Shown: positions 1 to 13,309 of the stretch, piece by piece
How the letters are laid out: the number at the start of each line of letters is the position of its first letter
Position numbering within the stretch: position 1 is the stretch's first letter
Position numbers and translations under genes: made by a program
Assembly: GCA_028534125.1 (NCBI GenBank)
Contig: CM052849.1
Span: 5,766,001 to 5,830,000 of the forward strand
Source: Lama glama
Lineage: Eukaryota
Reading direction: 5' to 3'
DNA: 64,000 nt
The notes under the pieces: generated by a model
The model's database searches: none
Seen by the model: only the letters and a program-made list of their open reading frames with translations
What the model was told of the DNA's origin: nothing

Positions 1-3000
1 GTCGATGCAGTTGGTTGAACTACATGCAGGTTAATGGGGACCCCACACCACATTTGTGGTTGCTTCCTTTATCATCAGGCCTTCTCTCCATCCGCAGGAC
101 CTGAAAGTGTACCCCCAACTTCATGATCCATTTTCCTTTGAGAAAGAGTGCGTGGAACTGGCAAGTTTCGGGGCCTACAGGTGTCCCCCACCTCTTTGTT
201 TATGGTGCCCAGAGCGAGGCTTGGAGACCAGGTGGCCTTGCCCTGGGTCACGCGAGTCTTCCCCCTCCCTCGCTCCTTGTTCTGCGCCCGCCCGCCTCTG
301 CCCTCCTCTCTTTGTCCCAGGCCTGTGTGTGCCGTGCGGGCCTGCCTCTGTGCGGGGCCGTGTCCTTTGTCCCTGCTGCTTCTTTGTCTGGGCTTTTGTG
401 TCCGGACAACAGAGCAGGCGGGCGGCGTGTGTGCTGTTCTCATCCATCCCATCTCGTTCTCCATCTGCAAACAGACCCCCCTCCAGACACCCCACACCTG
501 CTCCCTGGCCTCTCCAGCCACCCCAGCAGGTGCTGCAGCCAGCCAGCTTCTCCTACTGCTGTGGAGAGAAAGGCACGGTCTGCAGCCTCCCGCGCGTAGC
601 CTCCCCATTGTCCCCAGCCCTCCCACCTCATCTCTTTTTTGTAAGGGCAGATGCTGGCAGAGCTAGAGATGAGGCCGGGAGGGACTGGGGTGGGGGCGGA
701 AGTGACAAGCCCTGCAGAGCCTCACCCCCAGATCCGATGCACCTGCCGTCCCATCAGTGCACCCCCTGGGCACCTTCACCAAGCCCTCCTCACCCCACCA
801 ACTGCCACCAGGGTCTCTGCCTCCATCACCTCCTGCTGGGACGTTTCTACTCCAGTTTCTACTCCACGGCCCTCCAATCTGTCTGCCTCACTCCAGCCAC
901 AAGATTCTCAAAACGCAAAGCTGACCTCATCACCCCACCCCCCACCCCCCACAGCCCTTCAGTGACATCCCACTGGTCTCAGGATGGAGAGTAAGCTCTT
1001 CATGTCCAAAGGCAAAGCCCCGCCTGGGCTGATCCCTGGTGACAGCTCCACATCCATCTCTCACCAAGCTCCTGCTCCAGCCCCACCCAGCCCAGCCTGA
1101 GCATCACCTTCCCCCTGAAACGTCCTCCTGCCTCCCTGTCAAAGTCAAGCCCGTTAGTTACACAGAGTCCTCCACTGGCCCGTGCCCCGCTCCTGCAGGC
1201 CTGATTGCACTTTGAGATTATATCCTCATTTACTTGTCAGTTGTGGAAACACATATGCACGTGCACGTGCGCGCGCACACACACACCAGCTCGTGAGGTT
1301 CAGGGGAGAAACCTGCTGTTTTTCCATCATCTCATCGTCAGAGCTTGGCCCAGGGTCTGACACACAGGAGGCGCTCCATGTATGTTTGTCCAAAGAATGA
1401 CTAAACCTTGAAGTGTAAATGCCGCCGTTCTGGAAGGCCTCTGGGAACCATCTGATAGATGGACAAGCAGAGACCCAGAGGAGGAAAGTGACTTTCCCAA
1501 GGTCTCTGTTCCAGTGCAGTGATGCTAACGGTGTAACCCCAATGTGTCTCCAGATTCCCCAGCTCCTTCTGCCTTCCAGAGGTCACCCTCTCCTTTAGAA
1601 GCCAGTCAAACAGCTTGAGCGCCCACTGGGAAATGGCTGCAGAAATGCCTTCCCCTTCCAGGAACTTGTCTGGCTCCTGTGAGTTGCCAGTTGGGTCTTC
1701 ATCTTCTGCTGCAAACACCTGCCTCTGTTGCCTTGAGCCCCTCTACCTGTTTCCTCCCCTTCCCGTAGCCTGCAGTCCTCTCCCCAGATGCAGATGCAGT
1801 CTGAACCCCACCCTCATTGCTCCCCAGAGCAGAAGCAATGCAAAAATTTTGGAGAAGAGCCTGAGGAAATTTGAGGCAAATAATAACAGTGACTGAGCAT
1901 TTACCGTGTTCCAGCTCCTGGGCTAAATGCTGTAAGTGCAGTGGTAATCACAGCTCCATGGCACTGGTGTCTAGATCATCACCATTTTACAGACAAGGAA
2001 ATTAAAGCTAAAGGAACACAGCTAGAAGGTGCCTGAACCAAGATTCAGCCTCAACAGTCTGCATCCAGCCCCTGCCCTCCCAAGCCCCCTCCCCACCCTG
2101 GCCCCATTGCGTCTTCCCAGGCTGTCAGTGTCCCCCTCCTGACCAGCCGCCCATATGGCCCTCCCGTCCCCCCTGGCTCCCTCTAACCCAGCCTTCCCAC
2201 CCCCGCACAGCCATGCTGCAACCATTCTGCAGAACCATGCATTCTTTATTTATGAGATGCATATCGGCAAATCAGCTGGGAATGCCGTGGCATCTGCCAG
2301 CAGGAGGCAGAAGCTTCTGGAGGCCAAAGTTCTTCAGGAGGTAGGCAGACGCTGGGCTCAAGGTGCCAGCCTCCAGCAGGGGCACCCAATGGGTCTGCAG
2401 AGTGCAGAGTGGGTCTGGGGGACAAGATGATCTGTGTTTTAGATCCCCTTTGCATCCTGGCCTGATGTAGGCAAGCAGCAGAGAGCCCGGTGATGGGGGG
2501 CGTGAAGAGATGGGGCATAGAGCAGGAGCTAATATTTACTGAGCATCTCCCCCAAACCCCCACAGAACCCACAAGGCAGAGATTCTTGTGCCCACTTACA
2601 GGGCAGGGAAATGAGGCTTGCAGAAGGTAGGAAGCTCCTTCTGAATTTTTAACCCGCTTTGTCACTCCTCTTCCCTGCCCCTCCCCGCGAAGAGAGGAGT
2701 TAAGGTGTTTTATAAAGATGACCTCAGCCCAGGCAGAAAACTAAATATAAAATAAGAGAAAAATGAGGTTCAGAGAAAGAAATATTCAGTCGGGGATTAA
2801 ATTCCTCTTCCAAATGCCTACCACGTGCTGTTGTTCAGTTACTGGTAGTGGATTGTACATCGGTCCTGAGCATCTGGCCGCCAAGGCAAAGAGGGAATGC
2901 AATTCGCTTTGAAGATGTCCAAGATCTACAAGGAGAAAGGAAGCTATACATAGAGATACAGCTGTGGCAGAGAAATAGAGAAGGAATTTCATGCCCCCAA

Positions 3001-3129
3001 TCTAATGTCAGATCCCTACATTCCTAGAAACTGCCCCATCGATTTCTGTCCCCCCGCCCCTTTCCCTATCCAACTGCCCTGGGGCAGAACAATCTTTCGA
3101 CGGCGCCTTGAAGGATGTGTTTTCGCAGG

Positions 3130-3148
3130 TGACCACCAGGTGGCAGTG
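3130..3148 (+). promoter_or_regulatory. CTCF motif TGACCACCAGGTGGCAGTG
   Basis: Fits the CCASYAGRKGGCRS core exactly, in a small CpG-enriched unique patch (about 3090-3300). Confidence 0.65.
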
Positions 3149-6100
3149 CGGCGCAGGTCTCGGGTGGACGTTTCTTAGATCGGGAGGCAGCCTGAGGGGA
3201 CTGGAGGAGCCCGAGGGAGCCCGAGGGACCTCAGCGAGTTAAGGCCGAGACTTGAGGCTGAACCTCAACGAAGAAATCGGTCTCATGCTCGGCAGAATCA
3301 GGCTGCACTGCTTCCCCACGGTGGGAAAGAGAAAGAGCCCCGGACAGAGTGTCAATGCCCTGGTTCTCTATGCAAACCAGCACATCAACCTGCCTGTCTC
3401 ATCCTCAGTCTTCGCACCTGAGCAAGGGGGTGAAGAGTGCCTGCTGGGGAAAGAGGAGACTGAGACAGGGACGGAGAATGCTCGTGGTCAGTAAGGTGGA
3501 GAACAGCCAGAGGTTAAAAGATCAAGAGCTTCTGAGCTGCGAGGGAGGAAAAAAGAGAACCCAAGTTCCCCGAAAGAAAGAAAAGCCACCAGGGCCCCTA
3601 GTTAGGGACAAGGAGGGGAAGTGGTGAATTCTTCTCTGTTTCCTCTGGTGGGTTTGGGGCAAAGAGTCAGGACTTTTTCAAGTGTAAATGATAGAAACCC
3701 ACCTTTAAAATGTCTCAAGGGAAAAAAAAAATAGCAGGGAGAGACTGTTATGTGATCAAAGGCACATGGGGTATTTGCATAACCGGATGGTTGGACTCAT
3801 TTTCTCCGCTTCTGGCCTCTGCTTCCCCCACCTTGGTTTTGCTTTCAGGCTGCCTTCGATGGCAAGTTTCCAGCTTACACCCCATAACTTCACAAGCCCA
3901 GCACGTAGAAAGCTTCTCTTTCCAGGTGGTTCCAACCAAAGTTCCAGAGCATCATCTCCACTGTGTCCCGTGCCCACCCCTTGGCCCAATCACGGTGACA
4001 TTACCGGCCGGACCTGGGTCACTGGTGTCCTCCTTGCCTCTAGACTCTGGTGGGTCATCCTCGTTCGAGGTATTGACTGAGTGAAGGGAGGGCGGTTCTC
4101 TGAATTAAAACTGAAATGAAAAGGGCAGACTGCCACCTCACCTCGGGCACAATTGACCCATCGGCCCGGCCTTCCCGAGGTTTTGTTTTGTGTCAAGAGC
4201 AGGTTCAGGAGTGCAAGGCAGGAAAAAAGCCTCCCCACCTCGACATATTTCCCCTCCATCAGTCTTGTGATTAGGTGACTGACTGTAAACAGCCTCAGGA
4301 AATAGGGATGGGGTGGGTCAGCACCCACCACACAGGCTTGTGCCAGACTCCACCCCACCCCGTTCAGGTGGGGGCCTTCCCCCTCCTGTCCCTCCTTGGC
4401 AGCTGCGGATGATGGCCTGCTGGAGGGGGTGGGGAGGGTGGTTGAGTGCCTGGCCCTGTGCCCAGCACAAAATAGACACTCAACAGACGCTGTTTCTTCC
4501 TACTTTGCACAAAGGGTGACATGCTTTGTAACTGTCATTATCATTGCTTTGGTCCTTGTTAGTGAATAGGTGTTCCTCACAGCCGCTTCTGGCAGGATTT
4601 GCAGGGGGAAATCCTCTCTCTCTCTTCACTCCTCCCCCTCTCTTCCTGTCTTTCTCCTCTCCTCCCCCTCCCTCCCTCTCCTAAACACATCCAAGATGTG
4701 TTAAGATCTTCTGCTTCTCACCTCCTTTCATTCTGGGTGGTTTCTTTCCTTTCTGTCTGACCATTCCTACAGTCATCTTTGTCACTGCATCTTTGCTCCC
4801 CGGGGAGTGACTCAGTAAGACAGTAGTGTGAGGACCCTGTAGACCAGAGAAAGAACCGGGCAGGCGGGGGCGGAGGGGAACAGAAAAAGAGCGAGTGAAG
4901 ACTAAGAAAGAGAAGCCCCACGCTGCATCCCAGCTTCCTTCTCACAGCACTTTTTCAACTATCAATTTTACGAGGTAAGGAAACTGAGGCTCAGTGAGGC
5001 AGAGCACCCTTCCCGCCAAAGTTCACCCTGTCTAGAAAACTCGGGATCCAGGATTCAGACCGAGGTGTGTGCAGTTCCAAATGTGTCGTCCTCCTTTGTG
5101 GCAAGCCACCCCCTCCCGACGGGAGTAGCTGGGTGGTGACGCTTAGGAGCAGTCACGTGGTTGGTGCTTGCTGCGTAGTCTTAGATAAGTCCCCTTACCT
5201 CTCTGGGCCAAGAGGATGCTGGTTTGAGATCCACAGTCCCAGACCCTTTGGTCAGTCCTGTTCCACATGTGTGGTGTTCTGGATGATGGGTGTCCTGTGC
5301 TTGCCACTTACGTCTGAACAGACAGCATCAATCTTTCAAGTTCCCCTTCCTTTATAACTGCGAGAATTGGTCTGCTGGCAAGATATGAAAAATAATTTCA
5401 CGCTCTCTTTCCTCCCCTCCCAAGATCACCCCTGACAAATTGTCTCTTTATTGCCTGTCACTCCAGCCATCATCTCATATCTGGGTTCTCATTTTTTTTA
5501 TCTTTGCTAGCCTCATTTTTGGCTCCAACTGCTGCTGGCTCTTTGTAGGGCCACCATCAAATTCCAGTGAGGCTCCCCTATTCATTCATTTTTTCATTCA
5601 TTCAGCAAATACTGCCTACTTTGACCCTAGAGATCCATAGCTTTCAAAGGTCCCCAGTTATTCATACTAAAGTGTGAAGGACTACTTTCTTAAATCCTTT
5701 AAAGGAGGACACGAACCTAGCAACATACTGTTTATAAACCCCATTCATGCCTCGTATCTGTTTAATGCTCCACAAAACCTTATACAGCCCATAGTAAGCT
5801 CAATGCTTTTACAGGCTGGGTGGCCTCAGGCCAGTTGCTTGACTTCTCTGAGCCTCAAGTTCCAGATGAGTTTTATAGGGATAATAATAATGTCAAGGGG
5901 TTACTGTGAGGTTTAAAAGCTATCCCATGTGAAAGAAACCAATGCAATATGTGTCATCAATATCATCATCATCATTATCATTATGAGGAAGGCATGCCCC
6001 AGGTAAGGGGGTTGGGTGCAGACAGGACTATCAAAGCAAAAAGACAGAGAAAGGTAAAATAATACTAATAACGATACTAAGACTGATACCAAAAACCTCT

Positions 6101-6649
6101 ACCAACTTTTCCTGAGAGCTTACCAAGTACCTTGCACACGTTCTAGGCACAAGCATGAATAATACAGCATTTAACTTTTTACAAACAAAGAGGTAGGTAT
6201 TGTGCTTCCCCAGTTAACAGAGGAGGAAACTAAAGTGAGATGCTGGCAAGTCCAGGATGCAAATCCAGGACTGTGATGGCCTCTGGCCCCAGAGTGTGGT
6301 ACCAACTCAGAGCTGACAGGGTCAGTCACTCCTCTGTGGTGGGTACAGCTGTAGGGGTACCACCTCCCTATATCCAGTGCCTTCTAGGGTCTCAGGGCGT
6401 CAGAGTGAGAACATTTCTGGTTGGAAGATGGTGGCCCAACCCCCATCCTCTGCCTCAGCAAAACCTCAGTACCCATAGAGATTGACTTCATGACCCTCTC
6501 TCTAATGGTCAGTTTGGTCATTACCTAGAACTGACCATGAGACCACTTCCTGGACAGTACTTCTACATTTCCTAAAGCCCTGCTGGATGTCAGGACCTAA
6601 ATGCCCCAAACTAATTCACACTAGGCTGTGAATGACTATCATAGTTAAC

Positions 6650-7170
6650 TACAGGGACGTGAGATCAGAGAGACGATGGAGGAGGTAGATGATGACCAGC
6701 CTTATAGGACTAGGATATAATTGTTTTGTTTTATTTTTTTCTTGGAGTGGGATGGGAAGCATGGGAGGGTTTTGAGCAGGGGAGCAAAGATCCACCTTAC
6801 AATTTTAACAGAGCCACTATGCCTGCTGGGTAGAGAACAGGTTAAGAGGGAAAGGTGGGAGCAGGGAGATGATAAGGAGGAGAGAGGGAAGGATGGCTTG
6901 GACCAGTGTGGGAGCAATGGGGATGGTGATAAGTGTCTGGGTTCTGGTACAGTTTGAAGATTCAGGCATCAGGATTTGCCAGTGGATTGGACTGTGGGTG
7001 TGAGAGATGATGGATTATTCCAAAGTTTTGACCCAAACAGATGGAAAAGTAGCTTCGGTTTTGGATGGACTCTGATTGAGTTGCGCATTGGACATCCATG
7101 TAGAAGTGTGTAGTCTGCAGTTGATATTCAGGATGGCATTCAGAGGAGAGGTCTGAGTAGAGATAATCAC
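6650..7170. mobile_element. L2 LINE remnant; another at about 47680-47990
   Basis: gagggttttgagcaggggag, gatggcttggaccag and ggacatccatgtagaag signatures. Confidence 0.7.
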
Positions 7171-7859
7171 CTAGGAGAGACTGCCTCCCCCCTCCCCGTT
7201 ATCCGTTCCAGGTCCCTTGTTAACTCTCATACACCCCTGTGCTTCCCCATCACAGCTCCTGTCACAGGGCATTGCAGTCCACTGTGAACTTGCCTGTATT
7301 CCTAATCCAACTGGGTGAGAGAAAGGACTTGTTGTATATTGTTTACCATTTCCCAGGGCCTAGCACAAAGTAGGTCCCAGGCAAATGATTGTTTGAATGA
7401 ATGGGATGATACAGAGAGGGGTTAAAAATGACTAAAGTGTGAATGTTCCTAAACACTTCCCTTCCTGTGCCAGATAGTGTTATCTTTTCCAGCAGGCTGT
7501 TCAGAACCTCACCCATTCCTGACTCTGTCAGACTTCTTTATGATAAAGGAAAGTAGTCCAGAAAATTATCCAGATGGCTTATGATTGTTAAGACAATCTA
7601 TATATAAAGGACCAGGAAAGAGAGCAAGGAGAGGTAGGGGTGGAGAGTGAGGGGAGTGGGGAATGTATGTATAGATCTTGCCACTCAGGTTGCAAATGGA
7701 ATGGGAGTTTATTTCTTTGTTTTAAAAACATTTAAGGTGGCAGGTGGGTAGTATGTGTGAGAATTGGGGAGAGAGAAATGGAATGTGAGAAGTTTCACTA
7801 GGGGAGACAACTGGCTCCCTCCATGCATGGCTTTAAAAAAAAAAAAACAAAACAAGCTT

Positions 7860-8675
7860 GGGACAATTTATCAGGAAGAGAGCAATCATAAATATATATG
7901 CACCTAATAACAGAGCATCAAGATTCTCGAAGGAAAAAAATCAGAAAGCAAAAATGGACAAAACTAAAGGGAGGAGCAGATAAAACCAAATCATAGTAAG
8001 AGATATTAACAGCCCTCTCTGAGTAAGTGATTAAAAAAAAAAACTGATCTTTTAAAAATTGGCAAGGATACAGAGCAATGTAACCAACGTTGTGAACCAG
8101 CTTGACCTAACTGACATTTATAGGACACTGTACCTAACAAGTGCAGGATTTCAAGTCTATCAAAAATAGACCATGAGCTGGGCCATAAAATAAGTTTCAA
8201 TTCATCAGAATATTGAAATCCTGAGTATGTTCTCTGACCACAATGGACTTAAATAATAAATCTATAACAATAAAATATCTAGAAAATCCCTAGTATATAG
8301 AGAGCGTCCCTTTAAATAATCCATGGGTCAAAGAAGAAATCATAAGGGAGACTAGAAAATATCAAACTGAATGATCATAAAAACACACCATATTAAAATT
8401 TGTGGGAAGAAGCCAATGCAGTACTTGCAGGGAAATTTATAGCTCTAAGTGATTATATTGGGGGGAAAAAAGAAGAGCCAAAATAATGACCCAAGAATCT
8501 ACCTTTAAAACCTAGAGAAAAAAAAAAGAAGAAGAAAGTAAACCAAGAGTAAATAGAAGAAAGGAAATACTGAAGATAAGAGCAAAACTCAGACAGATGA
8601 CAGAAAATCAACAAAGATAAAGATTGGTTCTTTGAAAGGACTGACAAAATTGAAAACCACAGGTGAACACTAGAC
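7860..8675 (+). mobile_element. Old LINE-1 ORF2 fragment (endonuclease region)
   Basis: A-rich; decayed NIYAPNNRA (aatatatatgcacctaataacaga) and FSDHN (ttctctgaccacaat) motifs. Confidence 0.85.
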
Positions 8676-8681
8676 CTTTTT

Positions 8682-8687
8682 TTTATT
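8682..8687 (-). terminator. CRYBA4: CRYBA4 polyadenylation signal AATAAA
   Basis: tttatt on the + strand, about 160 nt past the stop codon. Confidence 0.75.
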
Positions 8688-8846
8688 ACTTTTAGTTTTT
8701 CGTGCTGACTGTGCATGGACTGGCCCACATGAGTGCTGGGTTCACACGGGTTACAGGGGGAGGCAGAGGAGAGAGCACATAACAGCCTCCACAGCTTCTC
8801 GGTTCCAGACAAGCACATGTTCGCTGCTCAGCGCTGGCCCCCCTGC

Positions 8847-9023
<177 letters not shown>

Positions 9024-9809
9024 CTATCATGCTGTTCCCTCTGCCAGCAATACCATTCCAGCCATTCTTTGCTCAGCCAAGTTGTATTTATCCTCCAGCT
9101 CAATCATCACTTCATCAGGGCGGTCTGACTTATTCACCAAATTAGTCCCCTGTGGTACTTTTGTAGCACTCATTTAATTAGGCAATTAACAGATCATTCG
9201 TAAAATAGCAGCCTCCCCTGCCAACAGTAAACTCCTGGGTGTAGAGGTGTGTGTGGCTGGTTCACTGTTATCTCTGGTGCCTAACACAGTGCCCAGCACA
9301 GAGAGGCTCAATAAATACTTGATGAAGGAAGGAAGAAGTGGGGTGTCTTATTCTTTCCCCCTCCTGCCTTGTTCAGGGACACTTCCAAGGAAAGGGCTAT
9401 AATTCTTTCTATTCATTGGCTCCTACATTATCCAGGACTAGACACAGATTTGTGCCTTGTCTTCTGAGTTGTCCACTTCCCTTTCCGTAAGAGGAAAGTG
9501 GCCTTGAGAATCACAAGGGGTCCATCCTACTCTGAAACAATAAGATTCTCTGGTGGTTCCTGAGAAAAATTAAAAAATAAAATAAAAACACCTCCCACCT
9601 TTGCCCCTGCCAACCAGGAGCCAAGGGCTACCTCAGAAGATGGCTCTACTATCTTCTACGAGTGAGGCTTTCGTACCTCAGCCATCCCCTCAGAGACAAG
9701 AGTGGGAAGGGGCAGTCAGTCCTGGGCATGAAGTTGGGATTCAGTTACCTACCTGCTGTTGGATGTGAAGCAAGTTGCTTAACCCATATCTGCTTCTTTA
9801 CTGCTGGAC

Positions 9810-10232
9810 AGCCCCCTCCCCCTCAGTCAACGTGAGAAAATCCTCACTCTAGCAATGAGCATGTGGCCAGACCTAGCCAATCAGAGCACCCCATTCCTGT
9901 GGGCCTGGTGATTGGTTCAGAGTTGAGCACATGACCCAAGCTGGACCAGTGAGAGTCTTCCCTAGAATCTTTGGTGGAATCACTGGGGAAAAAACACACT
10001 CCCTTTCCCTAGGGCTGGGCTGGAATGTAAGGATGAAGCTGCCATCTTGCCTTCACATGAGAAGAGCTTGCCAAAGAATACAGCCGCACTGAAGCAGACA
10101 GAGCAAGATGGGGAGAAAGACAGATCCCTGCTGAAGCAGCTGGATCCAGCTGTGCCTGAAGCTAGTTACAGGGGCCAATTAACTTTGAGATTAATAGCAG
10201 TGTGATCTGGGTGTCCATTACTTGCAAACCCA
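9810..10232. mobile_element. MLT1 (MaLR) LTR remnant in CRYBA4 intron 5; similar remnants near 3660-4070, 45670-46090 and 46770-47150
   Basis: cacatgacccaagctggaccagtgaga and ctggatccagctgtgcctgaagc signatures. Confidence 0.6.
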
Positions 10233-10376
10233 TAAATTTCTCCTGATGCCTCTCTGTGCCTCTGAAATGTGGGCATCAGACCCCAAAAGTCCTCAGCACA
10301 TCGTTTTCACCAGATGCGTCCCCATCCCTCCCAACATCCCATCTCTCCCTGCCAGGCAGAGCTTTGCATTCACTTA

Positions 10377-10541
<165 letters not shown>

Positions 10542-10774
10542 TCACAGCATCAGGTGCTCAGTCAGAAACCCAGGAGCCTCTGCCAGAGCCCACACCCCTG
10601 CCCTTGTCTCCAAAATCAGCCTTCCTTGCAAACCTTCTGGAAGACCAGTAAGCCAACAGACACCAGAAACCTTCAAGAAGTATACTCTTTGCCCTCCCAG
10701 AAATTTCCCTTCTGGAAATTTACACAAAGAAGATAATCAAAGAGCAAATTAGCCTTGGCAATAACAGTTTTTAA

Positions 10775-10824
10775 AAAAAGAAGAAGAAAAAGAAAAGAAG
10801 AGAAAAAAGAAAAGAAAAGAAAAA
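10775..10824 (+). repeat. (GAAAA)n / A-rich simple repeat
   Basis: Read directly. Confidence 0.9.
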
Positions 10825-11397
10825 TAATCAACCTGAATAGCAAACAGTAGGAAATCAGGAGGTAAACTGGGGTGCTGCACTACAGTTAAGAGATCTGGGT
10901 TCAAATCCTGACTCTCCACTTACCAGCTGACTGAGCCTAAACATGTCACAGCATTTCTGAGCCTGCTTTCTGCATCTATAAAATGAAACTAACCACATCT
11001 ACTTTTCAGGATGGTTTTGAGGACTAAACGAAACCAGAAGTAAGTTGTAAACTGCGTAAAAGCAGGGTTTGCGTCTGTAAGAGTCCACGTGAGTCCCCGG
11101 ATTGGCACAATGCCTGGGCTATTGATGGAACAAATGAACAAATGAACATTCACAAAATGGAATACTAGGGGGCAATGGAAAATGATGCTATAAATGAGAT
11201 TTAATCACCTGGGAGGATAATGGTGATACATTTGCAGACAGAGTGAGAAAAGCTGGTTTCTAAGCCTTACGTTTGTTACAATTCAATTTTTATAACAGAA
11301 CGGTATGCATGCGTAGATATACAGATACAGACATGGATATTGACATCAGTCGCTGTAGGTATAACCTGTGGGCAGCAAGCAAGACTAAGGAAATCTT

Positions 11398-11542
11398 GGG
11401 GGAAGGGTGTAGCTCATCAGTGGTAGAATGCGTGCTTAGCATGCACAAGGTCCTGAGTTCAATCCCCAGGACCTCCATTAAAAATAAATAAATAAACCTA
11501 ATTACCTCTCCTGCCAGGAAAAAAGAAATTACAAAAAAAAAA
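11398..11542 (+). mobile_element. tRNA-Ala-derived SINE (camelid vic-1-like), in CRYBA4 intron 4
   Basis: GGGGAAGGGTGTAGCTCA...GAGTTCAATCCCC head, A-rich tail, TSD aagactaaggaaatct / aaggccaaggaaatct (11381-11396, 11543-11558). Confidence 0.85.
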
Positions 11543-12195
11543 AAGGCCAAGGAAATCTCCAGCAATGTTAATGGTGGGCTTCTGTCTCAGAGGTGTGGGT
11601 ATAAGTGACTTTCATTTTCTTATTTGGCCGTATCAGGTTTCCCCCTAACTTTATCATAAATACGTGTGTTGTATGTGATTTAAAGACTTGCTGCTGGAGA
11701 AAAAAAAACTACACCTTTCTGGGCCTCAGTTTTTTCATCTGTAAAATGGGGATTAGTAATGCCCACCTCCACCCATACTCTGGAAACAGTAGTTAAAATA
11801 TCAAATCAAGAGCGCTGATAATGAATTAGGAATAAGAAATAAAACCCATCTTCCCCACCTCGCCCTGTCATTTCTGGCACCCAGCATCTCCCAGTGTCCC
11901 TCAGTCACAAAAAGAGGGACACAGAACACACAGGGGCCCATATTATAACCACAGTTGCAATGGGCAGGCTGTGTGTGGTGGACTCTGTTCAGATGCTCTG
12001 TGTGTTTTCTTCTCCTGTACAATGTTGGTGCTCTGGCCCCATTTCAAGATGAAGAAACAGGCTCAGAGAGGGGAGGGACAGCCATGTCACACAGCTTGAA
12101 GAAGTGACATGAGATTTGAACTCAGGGGCATCCTGTTCCCAAGCCCCCACTGGAGGGGCCGAGGCCTCCCCAGGACAAGGCAGTGGCAGACTCAC

Positions 12196-12337
12196 AGCGC
12201 AGGCCACGGGCCGGAAGGAGGTGAGCCTCTCGGCGGGGTAGGACGTGTTGCCACTCCAAGCATCCCAGCACGGGTACTCGCCCCGCTCCAGCACGTACTG
12301 CTGCCCTTGGAAGCCTGCGTGCTCAAACCCCACCCAC
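12196..12337 (-). CDS. CRYBA4: CRYBA4 exon 4 ([47 protein letters not shown]), Greek key 2
   Basis: 142 nt; ctgcag| and |gtgagt; peptide is visible inside ORF 11989..12414. Confidence 0.97.
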
Positions 12338-12401
12338 CTGCAGAAAGAGGGCAGATAGTACAAGAGGTGAGACCCTCCCCACTCCACGCTGAGTTCCAGA
12401 C

Positions 12402-12629
12402 CAATGGTTATCATGTAGGGGTGGCTTTGCCCCCAAAGGACACATTTAACAACGTCTGCAGGCAGTTTTAGTTGTCATACTGGGAGGAGGGAGGATGGGG
12501 TGCTTGCAACTGGCATTTAGTGGATAGAGGCCAGAGATGCTGTTAAACATCCTCCGAGGCACCAGACGGCCCCCCAGCACAGAACTACCTGGCCCCAAAC
12601 ATCCATCGCTCGGAGGTGGAGAAGCCCAG
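12402..12629 (+). mobile_element. MER20 (hAT-Charlie MITE) in CRYBA4 intron 3
   Basis: ctggcatttagtggatagaggccagagatgctgttaaacatcct core; degenerate termini. Confidence 0.85.
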
Positions 12630-13309
12630 TCTAGACCTAGTAGCCCACTGCCTCGCTGTGCCTCCCGCAGGTGAGGACGGCTCCCCGCAGGGTCCCCCTA
12701 GGCCATGCAGATGAGGCTTGACCACAAGCTGACTTAAGCCTCGGTGGGGTTCCCCCCTGTGATCCTCTGGAACGTGGGGAGACAGGCTGTTTCTCACCCC
12801 TCCCTCTCCTGAGAGAGGCTTCCATGAGATAGTGGCTCATCTGCCTCTCTGGTTCCCATGAGATACGGGACTTCCTGCCTCGCCACCCTGGAGGGTGCAG
12901 CCCGCGGCAGATGGAGCGGCAGTTCACAGCAGAGGGCCACCACTCCTGCTGTCATCCGGCCCCTTGTGGTGTCCTCCTGTGGGACATGGGACACAGGAGG
13001 CTGACACCATGCTGCCCTTGACTGATGAACTCTCTTATGGAAGTAATAAACCTGAGCTTCTGGTCTCCTTCCTGGCAAAGTCTGTCAGCCTGCTGGACAC
13101 ATACCTGGACAAGTTACTGCTCCCATCTGAACCCCAATTCCCACTGATACAAAGCAGAATCTAGAAGAGCATTTACCCTTGTTGTGAGGTACATAAATAC
13201 CACCAAGATAACCTGATGCACTCACAGGCAGGAAGTGGCTCTGAATCACAAAGAGAGAGCATTCTTTCAAGCTACTTTCCAACCTTCTAAAAACTTCTCT
13301 CCAACACAG

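Noticed and set aside
56-994. 312-aa ORF and overlapping ORFs
   Set aside because: Non-ATG start, Pro/Ser/Cys-rich low-complexity product, open in several frames because the DNA is GC-rich; no recognisable domain.
11398-11475. tRNA-Ala gene
   Set aside because: Degenerate cloverleaf plus tail, poly(A) and TSD make it a SINE; the same applies at 55176 and 63335.
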